Shown here one piece after another: positions 38,751-50,911 of a stretch of 64,000 nt of DNA. The stretch spans positions 11,532,001 through 11,596,000 of the forward strand of contig CM022665.1 of the NCBI GenBank assembly GCA_012295275.1, read 5' to 3'. The stretch comes from Chrysomallon squamiferum (Eukaryota > Animalia > Mollusca). The notes beneath the pieces were generated by a model. The model saw only the letters and a list, made by a program, of their open reading frames with translations, was not told the origin of the DNA and did no database searches. The number at the start of each line of letters is the position of its first letter. Within the stretch, counting starts at the first letter, position 1. The translations under genes and the position numbers were made by a program.

Positions 38751-40282
38751 TAAAAGAGAAGAAAAAAAAAAAAAAAAAAAAAAAAAAGAAAAAGAAAAAA
38801 GAAAAGAAAAGAAAAGAATAAGCAAGAAAAGAAAAGAAAGAGGACCATAAACTATTAGTTACCACAAACGATCGGAATGTTATCAGTCATTAATAATACA
38901 AAATGGCTAACGGAAGTAATGATTTCTAAGAGAAATCATGTTACGACTAACAAATTAGAAATTTGCAGAATCTAAACCGCGGCAACTACAGTTAACAGAC
39001 CACAAATAACCATTCGGAAACCATTCAGACGAAGCTTAAAGACACGTTATCAGGTATAAATCATTGATTCGCGTTTCTTTCCTGGAAAAAAATCTCCAGT
39101 AATTACAGCTAATCCGAGGATTTTTGACGACATTAAAACAGATTTCACGACGGAATTGGTGAAAACCATACAGCTGTGAAATTCAGGAGATATTACGAGA
39201 TAATATGTGAAGTACTAGAAATTGAGTCAGTAATATGATAAAAGTAAAAAAATAAAAATAAAAATAAAAATTCGGATTAATAATTTTTTTATTTATTTAT
39301 TTATTTTAATGTGTAGACACAAATCCTTATAAGTCAGATAAAAAACGACAAGACGTTAATAAGTAACAATATATCGTAAATCCAGCATCTTCATGATTCA
39401 GCACACAGTATTACAGAAATAAGAAGAATAAGGTCATGTCCTTAGGACATAATGATCTTGATAAACAGCACGTTAAAAGAAAATATATCTAGTTACAAAT
39501 GACTGCTCATAATGACATAGCATCAAAACAACACAGCCTTATTGAGCTTTTTATTCTAGTATTTCAAAGGCCTTGTATTAAAATACTATATAATACTATT
39601 TTACATTAAAAGGTAATTTGTTTTTCTTTCATACTATTTAATTTCCAACTTTAGAGGGATGTTTCATCACATTTTTTTTTTTTTTTTTTCATCTTTTTAT
39701 TATTATTATCGATGTTTGAATGGTTGATAATAGATACATATATTGAAGTGTGGCTGTGTCTCTAGATCAAGCATTCCAAGCCAACCACTGGGCTAACAGT
39801 TAGGTTAGTTCGCATACGCATATTTTTATTTGGTCATGTTTTCTTGATGTTCCATAAATATGACGCGCATTTTCGTTTTCTTTTAGAAAAGAAATTCAAC
39901 GGTTCATAAATAAATGATGTCAAAATACGTCATTCGATCTGCGCTTTTATCGCATATGTTTAGAGATCACGAGATCGTTATTTATTAATAATAAGTAACC
40001 TTTGTCTTTTGTTGTTTACACTATCGTTTCTTGTCTCTCAATCGATATCTTTCGGTGATGACGCATAGCGTTTATGCTTGTGTTAGAATGACTTAGACAG
40101 ATAACAGATAACAGTATAAATTATAGAAGTTTAAAGAGCACTTCTTGTGGAACAAACACGACATGAAAATCAGTTTAAAATGTACCATCCTAATAAACTG
40201 CATACGTTCATTACATATGTATCTAAAGTGTGTACTCTCTTCAATTTTTTCCCCTTTTCTTTCTTTTCTATTATTTTTATTA

Positions 40283-40284
<2 letters not shown>

Positions 40285-40364
<80 letters not shown>

Positions 40365-40365
40365 T
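40285..40365. repeat. (TTA)n microsatellite, interrupted
   Basis: Direct reading. Confidence 0.95.
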
Positions 40366-41342
40366 TATTTATTTATTTATTTTAAAATTATTCTTATTAT
40401 TTTTTTTAAGCGAATAATAAACCAACAGAATTATAAGCTTGCATATTATCTGCACTGTTTGAAGAAGGTGTATTAATTAACATGCTGAAGATAACGAAAT
40501 CAAAAAAGAATACAATTGTGAGTTGTATATTTTTGAATACTATACCGATACAGGCCATGCGAGCATATCATTAGACTGCAGTGTTCTTAATTTGCACTTT
40601 ATAAAGTTATATAACTTCTCAACTGAAAGTAATTAATTACAGAATATTCTAAAGATGACAAAATGGCTGAATTGTCATTTATATATGTTTGTATATCTTA
40701 TCTGTTTCGTTTATACAAGGATGCCTTTTGATAATAACAAAATGTTTATTGTGGATTTAAAAAAAAGTATATTATCCTTTTTCTTTTTTCTTTTTTTTTT
40801 CCTTTTTTAAGTTATGTAACTACAATACACAATGAAGAATGTTAATTAATTAACGTGCCGGAGATGCCGAAAAGAGTAATAGCTCTTACTTTCTTTGATG
40901 ACTAGTTTTAACCTTTCTTTCAACACCTAAATGTCAGGTAGGCAAATCTAAACCTGCAGAACTTCAAAAGTGTTGTCGAGGTGGGACGACATTCAGCGTC
41001 TCCTCTCATCTGTCATGTTGAGTTACAAACGACAACGTTGACAGTATTTATAGACTGGTGAACATAGTAAGTGCAGATAAACCAAACGGCATCGTCACGA
41101 TTTCAAAACAGGCGTATTTCATTACAGCTTGATCAGGTTGAAACATTTGTAAATCCAGTTCAAATAAAGTGATTAAAAGGTATTAAGATGGGGAGGTACG
41201 GATGATGATGATAATAATAATAATAATATGAAGAAGAAATACGATGTCTACATAGTAAATAGGGTGACATTTTAAAGAGTTATATTACACTTTTTTCCAT
41301 TTAAAAACAAACACTCTTACATAATAATAATAATAATAATAA

Positions 41343-41373
<31 letters not shown>

Positions 41374-41890
41374 AAGAAGAATATCCACATAGTAAATAGG
41401 GTGACTTTTTAAAAGAATTATATTGTTTGTCATACATACACATTAATAATAATAATAATACTAAATATTTTACTAAAAGAAACGTAATCTTTTCGACCAT
41501 AGTTAATAATAATTTATAAATTACTTTGTCGATTTTTATTTAAAACAAAACGAAAATACGTCTTCTTATGATATTACCAGTTAATACTGTACATCTTAAA
41601 CTATGTTTTTCCTTAGAAAAAACAGACAGTAATGATTATATGAAATTGAAATTTTATTATGATCAAGAATTTTAAGTTTAGTAATTAATTATTGCTGGAA
41701 CGTTCAGAAGCTTCATTTAATCTGGGGTTTTAATATTACTTATATAAATTTACATTGATACTGATAAATAGTTTGTACAAAATATAATATAAAAATGCTT
41801 GGATGTGTGTGTGTGCGTGTTTTAATGTGTCTCTGTACATTTACGTACATATATTTGTACGAATACATTTAAGCAAAAATGTATGTGTAT

Positions 41891-41893
<3 letters not shown>

Positions 41894-41963
<70 letters not shown>
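41894..41963. repeat. (CA)n microsatellite
   Basis: Perfect CA run. Confidence 0.97.
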
Positions 41964-41976
<13 letters not shown>

Positions 41977-43477
41977 TATCTACGTACGTTTATGTGCATG
42001 TTTGCCTATGTATTTATATATGGATAAATATTATCGTGTCAACCTTCCTAGCATTCGCACGTTAAAAATACAATTATGTCGCTATAATATCAAAACAAGG
42101 AAGTGTTCAGAGCATCTTTTATTATTTTGTTTGTTATTTCATGAGAACGGAAACTGAAACAGAAAGATAATACTGATGTTACGACTAAAATAACCCCAGC
42201 TCTGCCGGAAACAATAGATACTTTCCGAGTTATAACGGAAATACGTTTCTTAAAACGTTAAAAGATCCTTTGTTTATGTTTAAAAATGGTTCTGCCTAAC
42301 TATTATTTCTCACCTAAAAAAAAAAAAAAAAAAAAATTATAAAAATCCTCAAAGATTAGTTTTCTGTTGAAAATAGGATATTAATTTTAATTTTTGTTTT
42401 GTTTATTAATTTAATTATTTATTCATATATCGCAGAGAGAAATATCTGTATGTGTTTATCTTATAAACTTATTTAATATTTGTAGCAGAATGGCTTTTCC
42501 TTTGTGAGTGTGTATGTTTGTGTGTACATGAAGATATGTACGGAGGTTTGAGCGTTATGTGCCTGTGGATGTCATTGGTTGTGCTTATGAACGTGAGATA
42601 TGTTCGTCTTTCTTTCTGTATTTGTGTGATATTTTAACAAAAATGTTTGATATAATTATGATAAGTTGCAAAATGTACCAGTCGTAAGTTGAATGACCCA
42701 AACCTTTACAATGTGCCAGGTTCTGTTTTTCAAAATAGCATTACTTTTACACGAAAAAGAAAGTCTTCTTGCCTCCTAAGGTCAACAACCGAAATGCATG
42801 CATCTAGTTAAGCGTGAAAAAGAAACAGGTATAATGACACCCCGGCTGGTTCTACGACATACCTTTGGCTGGTTTTACACCTTGTTGGTAGTCAGCACTA
42901 ATTCTGTCTTTGTGGAAACTAAAACCGGTTTTTGTGTAACAGTCCGGAGTTGGCAGCGATTTCCTCGATTTCAAACGCGAGAGCAAAGAGTTGTTCTAAT
43001 CTTATTTAATTCCCTTACACTATTTTTATTTCCAAGTCTTTTAATTCTACAGATAATTTCTGACAAAGAAAAATGTCTTTGAAAAAAGCGTAATGAAACT
43101 GGTGTATGGATATTAATTATTTTCTGTTAAAGAATTCTTTGATAATACAAATATATATTAATTATATATATATATATAAAATAAATAATAAAAGGAAAAG
43201 AAAAGACAAATATATTTTCACATTTCATGCAAAATAAAATTTAAATACATTAATCTGTATACAAATATATGGGTATAAATTTACAGTTTCAAATTACTTA
43301 TAAAATATAAATTAAATAAGTAAATCTGGTGTACATATCTGGGTATCTCATTTGGTTTACAAATTACAAACAAATTGTCAGTTAAATATCTAACTGTCAG
43401 TTTAAATATAACAGTTTAAATATTTGGGTTTAAGTCTATATTTTCACATTACTAATAAAAAAAGGAATTAAATATAT

Positions 43478-43609
43478 AAACACTTGGATATAAGAAGAAG
43501 TCTCGGTACATTTAGGATTATAATATACATGTATATACGCCTTTGTAAAATTATGCCTTCATTCAAACAATACATACATTTGTACCGAGATATTTATATC
43601 CAAGTATTT
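43478..43609. repeat. Short imperfect inverted repeat (probable MITE relic)
   Basis: aaacacttggatataa...tctcggtaca pairs with tgtaccgaga..ttatatccaagtattt around a ~70-bp spacer. Confidence 0.6.
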
Positions 43610-45411
43610 GTGCATTTACATTACATTTTATATGCAATGACACTGCAATTTTGAGATAAAAGTAATTGCCCCAGGAGTATAAAAATCTGATTTCCAAATT
43701 AGAATTGTCATACTTTTCACAAAGACTAATTATTTTATCACGACATGATTAATGTCAGTAATTCAGAACAGAGATAAACAGTCATAAATATTTCTGTATT
43801 TGTCTTAGAGGCAGCTGAAAGAATATATAATACAAATCTGTAACTTGAGTTAGGTAAACACGATAATCAAGAATGATTAACATTTATAGACATTTAGTAA
43901 TACAAACGCACATTCTTTGTATGAACTCACATACACCAAAGATCCGAAGTAACAGGTCATAATGTATGGATGCATATACGTACGTATTTGTATGCACGTA
44001 TATATTATACATTAATGAAAGAAAGGTAGGCAGCACGTATTTTCCATTAAATCCTGAACCAACATAAAGTGCAAAAAGAGTACAGTGCGTATATTTCATT
44101 ATGAACTTACTTGTTTTTTTTTTCTTTTTTTTTTTTTTTTTTTTTTTTTTGTAATCAAACGATCACGAAATCATTATAAACTAATCCCTGACAGCAACAA
44201 TGACACTTAGTTAATAAAGTAAAAGAAAGAAAGAAAGGATTTTTTTTTTTTTTTAGAATTTTCAGATTTACATTATGGTCATTATGACATTTGTTAACAG
44301 TAATCATTTAAAAAAGATGATGAAAACGTCTAAATAGTTCCAGTTTTAAGTAAAAAATCGAAGTTGTATGGAAGATAAATATAATTACATCAGAACACAT
44401 TTTCTTCTTTTTTTTTTCTTTTTTTTTCAGCTTATAAAAGGAAATTGTGAACTAATAACCAGAAAAAACTAGAGAATAACTGATTATTTGAAGAGAAAAA
44501 AGTGTGTGCGTGCGTGCGCAAGTTGTATGTATATATATATATATATAATTGTACCTGTACTTGAATGTCTTTCTGTGTGTGTGTGTGTGTGTATGTGTGT
44601 GTGTGTGTGTTCATATATACACAAAAGCATATTTTATTCAATATCAGCTAAATTATAAGTTTATAACTTGTTAATATATACAGTATTTTATGTAGTCGGT
44701 ATTTGTGTTATTACAAAATTAGGATAAGCATTAAAACTATAGAACTATCTAATTTTATCATCAAATACGACAAATAAATGCAAGCTTGCATAATTTTACA
44801 TATCTCCAACGAAACTCTTTATGATCGGCTTGTGAAAATTGCCCGAGGACATTTTTATCCTGCATTTTGTAACTTGTCTTACGGCAAAGTTTATCTTGAC
44901 GCAGTCTCATACCTAGTCTAGTTCTTGCATAATGTATTATGTCACTTTTAAATATAAATCATCAAAAACCTTTATTCTCAAGGATTTTATCATCCATCTA
45001 AGTAATGTAATCATTGTTTACGTGTGCTCATAAATTCTAAATATTCAAGCTTTTCTTGTTTGCTTTTACATGCATCAGAGACTACAGAACATCTCTTGTC
45101 TCTAAGATTGAAATCTGTGTTTATCTTCTTATTGCAATGATCCTTTATTCTTATTATTGTTATTATTAACTAGCTAAAACTAAAAATAAGGCGAAAATCA
45201 AGTTTTATATTATAAAATAAACCTGTTTCAGGCCAATTATAATGTAATTTTGTTCATTCCCATGATTGCATTCGAAAAAGAGTTATTTAAAATAAAACAA
45301 ATTTATATAATTATAATTTTCCAAGTATCAAATTCCTTTTGAAAACACCAAACAAATGTTTTCAACTAAAAGAGTTATATGAAATGTTAGTTTTAAGACA
45401 AAAGAAAAAAC

Positions 45412-45552
45412 TGATAATAATAAAAATAAGAATATTAATAATAATGATAATAATAATAAAAATGATGATGATGATGATGATGATAATAATACCAATGATG
45501 ATGGTGATAGTCATGATGATGATGATGGCGATAATGATAATAATAATAATAA
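45412..45552. repeat. Compound (ATA/ATG)n microsatellite
   Basis: Direct reading. Confidence 0.92.
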
Positions 45553-46728
45553 CACGTTTCATATAATCGAGACTGTAGACAATAGTCTACTGACCACGAT
45601 GTTGACCTTTCGTTTCATCCTGTTAACTGATGGATTTTCTGACACATCTTAATTCACTCCTCATTTCTGACAGCATAAAAGTTTTAAAATGTTCTCACTT
45701 GTAAATGTACACACACCGATTAATCGATTGGGTACTTCGGCCAGAGTCCGAGGCCATTGGCATTCTGCAATGAGCTATATTGAATTCAGTGGTGCAGTCC
45801 ACTTATCATCCTTCTTATATAAAGAGCTCTTCAGCTGAGCTCTTTTCTCTTGGAGGTATCGAATTGAATGACATCAAGCAGAAGTAACTGTACTCAAGGA
45901 TCCTGTTAATTATTTCCTTCACTTGTTATGACTTGTAATTTTATTCGCAAAGCTATACATTTAGTTCATAAAGGGATAGGGTAAGTCGACCAAACTAATT
46001 CGGAAATTGATTGCTTTATTTAACTACATCTGTATTTGCTTTAACTACAACAGAGGTGTCAAGAGGTTTAATAAACAATTAATTATTTATTGTATAGAAG
46101 TGTTAGAGATGTTAATGTAAATGACCTGAAAGAACATTATTATTTTTATTTCGCTTGGTCCTGCGAACCTTCCCTCTTATTTTCAGGAGGCTAATTTAAG
46201 AAAAAATGTATACATATAAAAAAACTGACTTTATTTTGAAAGGCATGTCCACCGCAGTATTTCGACTCCTCTTTTATGAAACCAGTTTACGCATATGACA
46301 ATTTTTTCTTTGTATTTTACTTACTTGTAATGATTAGGATAAAAGGATTTTGCATTGATTAAAAATCCCCTTTTACACTAGAAAATAACATGTCTGAAGT
46401 TAAATCTAATTTAGCTGAAAAAAACAACAAAAAAAAACATAAAGATAACACACACACATATATATATAATAGAAATAAACAAAATAAGCATAAATTTTGC
46501 CAGTAAGTTTACCATTTAGTTTGCCAAAACCATGAAAAAGAAACATTCCTATTTAAAAGTGGAATATTTCATATTAATTTTCTATCTCCATGCAGTGCAG
46601 TAAAATGTTTATTTTATCCAAAATTAACAGCTCATTGCAAACTCACACACACACAATTTATGAGTCATATTCAGTAACAAAGAAACACAAATACATTATA
46701 CACAGACAAACACAAAATCGAAAAAATT

Positions 46729-46764
<36 letters not shown>

Positions 46765-48964
46765 AAATAAAAAATGACGCCCCCGAATTCACAAAAAAAA
46801 TTATAATTCGTAATACTCAGAAAAATTAACTGCCATTATTGGCCACTGAACATCGAATTTTAAATGAAACTACTGAGAATAGTGTGTGTGTCTGGTAAAT
46901 GATAGGAAAGTGGGTAAAATAATAATAACGACATAATAGAAAGTTGCTCTTTAATAATATTAATTCATATTGTCAGAACTCTTTATAATGAAATCAAACT
47001 AAATCGACTGACAAATTTGCTGGGCGTCAGCGGAAATAATAACCATTAACAGAACCATTAAAAGGAATGATAGAGAGAGAAAAAAATGCCTAAAAATCGT
47101 GCTAAATGTGTTGCAAAAATGCCATTAAGTAATATTTGCCATTTCTATTTGTATCCATCACAAACGACTCGTGCGATTCAGAAGCTAAGCATTAAATTAA
47201 TTTACTTTTCTCTGCATTTAGTAAATAAACCGACAAAACTCACTTTCATGGCGTCTACTATTTTTTTAATAATCAAAACTCCATTTCCACATGTTTTATA
47301 TCATAGCAAAAGGTGTCTGTAAATCGTAATTCAGGGCAACACATTAATTTTAATGATGAAACGTTGCAACTGGGAAAATATCCCCTAGGTAACTGAGACA
47401 TTATGAAAAAGAATTATGAGACTATTTTACTACAGTTCTGGGTAAACCAACGCATCGCGCAGAAATTGTTTTAAACTGATTGTATCATCCTTTTTATGTT
47501 AGATTTATTTAGATTACAACCTAACTTGGCTCTGAGCCATGCGTCTTATACTCTTGTCTCCGAAAACATTAAGGGTATATTTATTTATTTGTTTGTTCGC
47601 TTGTTTTTAAATTCACACCTGAAATGCCATTCATACTGATTAATAATTATTAATTAAAATATTCTTTGAAAGGGTATGTAAACACACTAACTTAAACAAA
47701 ATAAAATAAAATAAATGATTATGGGAAACATCAATGACAACATCACTGTCAACACTAACGATGACAACACAACACATCTATATAAACATATGTTGCATTT
47801 GCATGATCTGAAAAAAATAGTAATTGTTAAAAACGACACGCACAGTAACACACACTACACATTCTAGCTCCGTTATTGCGTCTGTATTTGCTGTGCCAAT
47901 AGTTGTTGACAATAATAACGTTACATACTGGTGCTTTTAATAAAAATCAGTCGCAAAGAAGAAGATTAAGAAAGAGCAGAAGAACACGAACAAGAAAAAG
48001 AAGAACAAACAGAAATCTTAAAGATTTTATTTTCTTGTACTAAGCAGAGTTTTTGCAGCGTCTGGTTTAAATGTTATTTAATTAAGCCACTAGTAGCGTG
48101 GTCATTTTCATTTTCGTGTAAGTCGCAGAGTGCTGGTATTATAAAGGCATTTCGAAGGGGTAATCAGACTTGAATTTCGATAGCAAATTGAATCAGTCTT
48201 CTTGGAGATCTTTTTCTTTTTCTTTTTTTTAGCCTCAGCGAACAAGATGAAATCTCTGGACGACTTATACAATCGATGGCACGATACACACGTCTGATGA
48301 AGAAACTGAAAGCAATGGAGGCCACGCGCGTGACAATCTGTAGCTCATTATTTTGACATTGCCCTCGGAACAAAACTGAAACTTCCGACTGTGATCCTGA
48401 AAATAGGATTTCCTGCAGCTGTTCGCAGGCAAACATACAAATTTGATGTAATAATAATCTTTCAGTTTAGAATATCAAATACGTTTCTTGTTTTGTTGTG
48501 GTTTTTTAGTTTATTTTTTTAAAATCGTTTTATAAACTCCATTATATAATGGAAGTTATATAATAATTTAACAGTTATTAACAGCAAGAAATATAGAGCG
48601 CTGAGGAAAAAACAACAAAAACCCGGCAATCAACAAAAACGGGAACATGGCATTTTGACAGTTGAATACTAGAATTATAATGTATATTGTTAGAAAAACA
48701 CTAATTTATAAGAAATAAAAAAGCATCTGAGATCAGGTGGAAAAATAAAAATAAAGAAATAATAATAATCTTACAGAAAATGTCTGTGTTCAGGTTGCTG
48801 TCGAACCTTGATTTCTTTTGCTAGGGCACATGTATGTACTGAATGATATTTTACTCCATATATTTCCATTTAAACCTAACATGCTTTCACGTTTTTGAAT
48901 CAAGTATGTAAAAATAACAGGACGCTCTGAAAGGTTCTGGTTGATTATGAGAATACTACAGTCC

Positions 48965-48965
<1 letters not shown>

Positions 48966-49015
<50 letters not shown>
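48966..49015. repeat. (ATA)n microsatellite
   Basis: Direct reading. Confidence 0.95.
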
Positions 49016-49018
<3 letters not shown>

Positions 49019-49502
49019 GTTGCCTTTAAACTACGCAATCGCTATATTTGTGCCGTGCACATCAAAATGTAGCCTCTTATTTTAATTTACAAAATACGAT
49101 TTTTCTTTGTCCAGTGGATCAAATGCTGTCGACTTCGTTGGTTATAGTATCATAGAATTAACTTAAACATTTTCATTACCTTATTTACTTGTTATTTTAC
49201 TATCGGGTGGTGTTAAAGTGCTTTTTTTTTCTTCTTTAAAATAAAATAAACAAAAATAAAAATAAGCACACACACACACAAAATAAAAATGACCTCTGTC
49301 ATCGTTTTATAGAGACTCAGGCTTTAAATGGCCTTTCCTACAAATGTGAAAACAATTTTAGGTTTATCAAATCAAATTAGTAAAATATTCTTCGCTATTA
49401 CATTTTATCTATCTCATTACGTAAAGAAATGATTTTAAAAACATGACTGAGAGAGAGAAAAAAATAAAAGTAAATAAATATTTAAAAAAAAAAAAAAATG
49501 CT

Positions 49503-49533
<31 letters not shown>

Positions 49534-49689
49534 TAATTTAAAAAGGAGAAATTAAAAACGAAATATTTAAAAATATAAATATATATTTCCTTAATCAGAA
49601 AAAAAAAAAAAAAACCCAAAACAAAATAAAAACAACAACAACCCCCCCCTCTAATTATACATTATATACTATCACTATGAGTATGGATG

Positions 49690-49726
<37 letters not shown>

Positions 49727-49799
49727 CAACAACAACAACAACAATAAAAGTAGCATCTACAAATCTCATGACTTCTTTTTCATGCACGGAAACGAATCT

Positions 49800-49989
49800 G
49801 TAATCTAAACGTTTTCACGAACTAACAAAACGCTGCAAACGTTGGACATAAACACATAGACACAAACTATGGTGTGTAACCATTTTGGATTCGTAGGAAG
49901 GTGGATAACTCTAATCGAATGAAGAGGATATTGCCAAACGTGCAGAAATAGAAAGTGGATGGTACTTTAAACCTAAGGAAAATCGACAG
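49800..49989 (+). promoter_or_regulatory. ASCC3: Putative non-coding first exon of ASCC3 (TSS uncertain)
   Basis: CpG-containing, higher-GC segment ending in gacag|gtttct (donor 49990); matching acceptor ttcatatttttcag at 50641 lies 26 nt before the ATG. Confidence 0.45.
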
Positions 49990-50488
49990 GTTTCTGTTAA
50001 TTTATTATTATTATTATTTTAAATATTATTGAATCATCTTATTATACTGCCTTTTCTCTTGGCGTGACTGTCATTGGCGTAACTGTTTAAGTAAATGATA
50101 ACATTAATTTTCTTTTTTTCATTCTAAATTGAATAAAAATTTGGTCAACTTTCATAATCACATTCATGATATTGGTAAAACGAAAAGAGAAAGAAGAAAA
50201 TGAAAAATACAAATACATATATAAAAAAAAAGTAAAATAGAAAAGGATAATTTAATTTAAAATATATTATTTATTTATTGCTTTATTTCTTATTAAATGG
50301 AATAAAAAATTGTTGCTAAACTTAGGCAGGGTTGTTATATGAAATTTTTTTAATATTTTTTTTATTTCATTACATAATGATAATTTATATTACAGTAGTT
50401 ATTAGTTTAAACATTCATGATTATATAAATTTAATTTTTATACTTTTTATGTTTGTAGTGTTGAAAATAACCATCACCAGTACAATAA

Positions 50489-50534
<46 letters not shown>

Positions 50535-50667
50535 AAAGCAATAAAAAAGAAAGCAAAAAAAAAAAAAAAGAAGTAAATTATCAACTTTTTTGGCTCTTTT
50601 AATTTATTTCATTGCACTAACAAACATTTCATATTTTTCAGAATGACTTGATATTAGGTGTTTTGTA

Positions 50668-50911
50668 ATGGCTGATTTGCCACTATTAACTGGTGCACTG
50701 CGAGTGTTTGCCAATGTGTCCTCACAACACAGTCAGACTGTTGGCACCAAAAATGATCTGGCAGAGAGACGTCGACTACAGTCTGATCTTCAAACTAAAG
50801 ACAATGATGCCTGGCAAAATCTTGTGTTTCTTATAAAGAATAAAGCTGATGCTAATATAGAAGATATTAACAGTGCTTTGAAACAGCTTACAAGCAGTGC
50901 AAAAACTATTG
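50668..50911 (+). CDS. ASCC3: ASCC3 coding exon 1
   Basis: ATG...AKTI, donor g|gtgagt, phase 1. Confidence 0.9.

Noticed and set aside
45821-45845. Histone-type 3' stem-loop
   Set aside because: Stem and loop do not match GGYYYT-TYHA-RRRCC and no histone ORF lies upstream.
3813-50544. Dozens of 60-125-aa ORFs (poly-HT/CV, poly-F/K, poly-I/Y/L)
   Set aside because: Translations of microsatellites, poly-A/T runs and AT-rich sequence; no recognisable domains or coherent exon structure.
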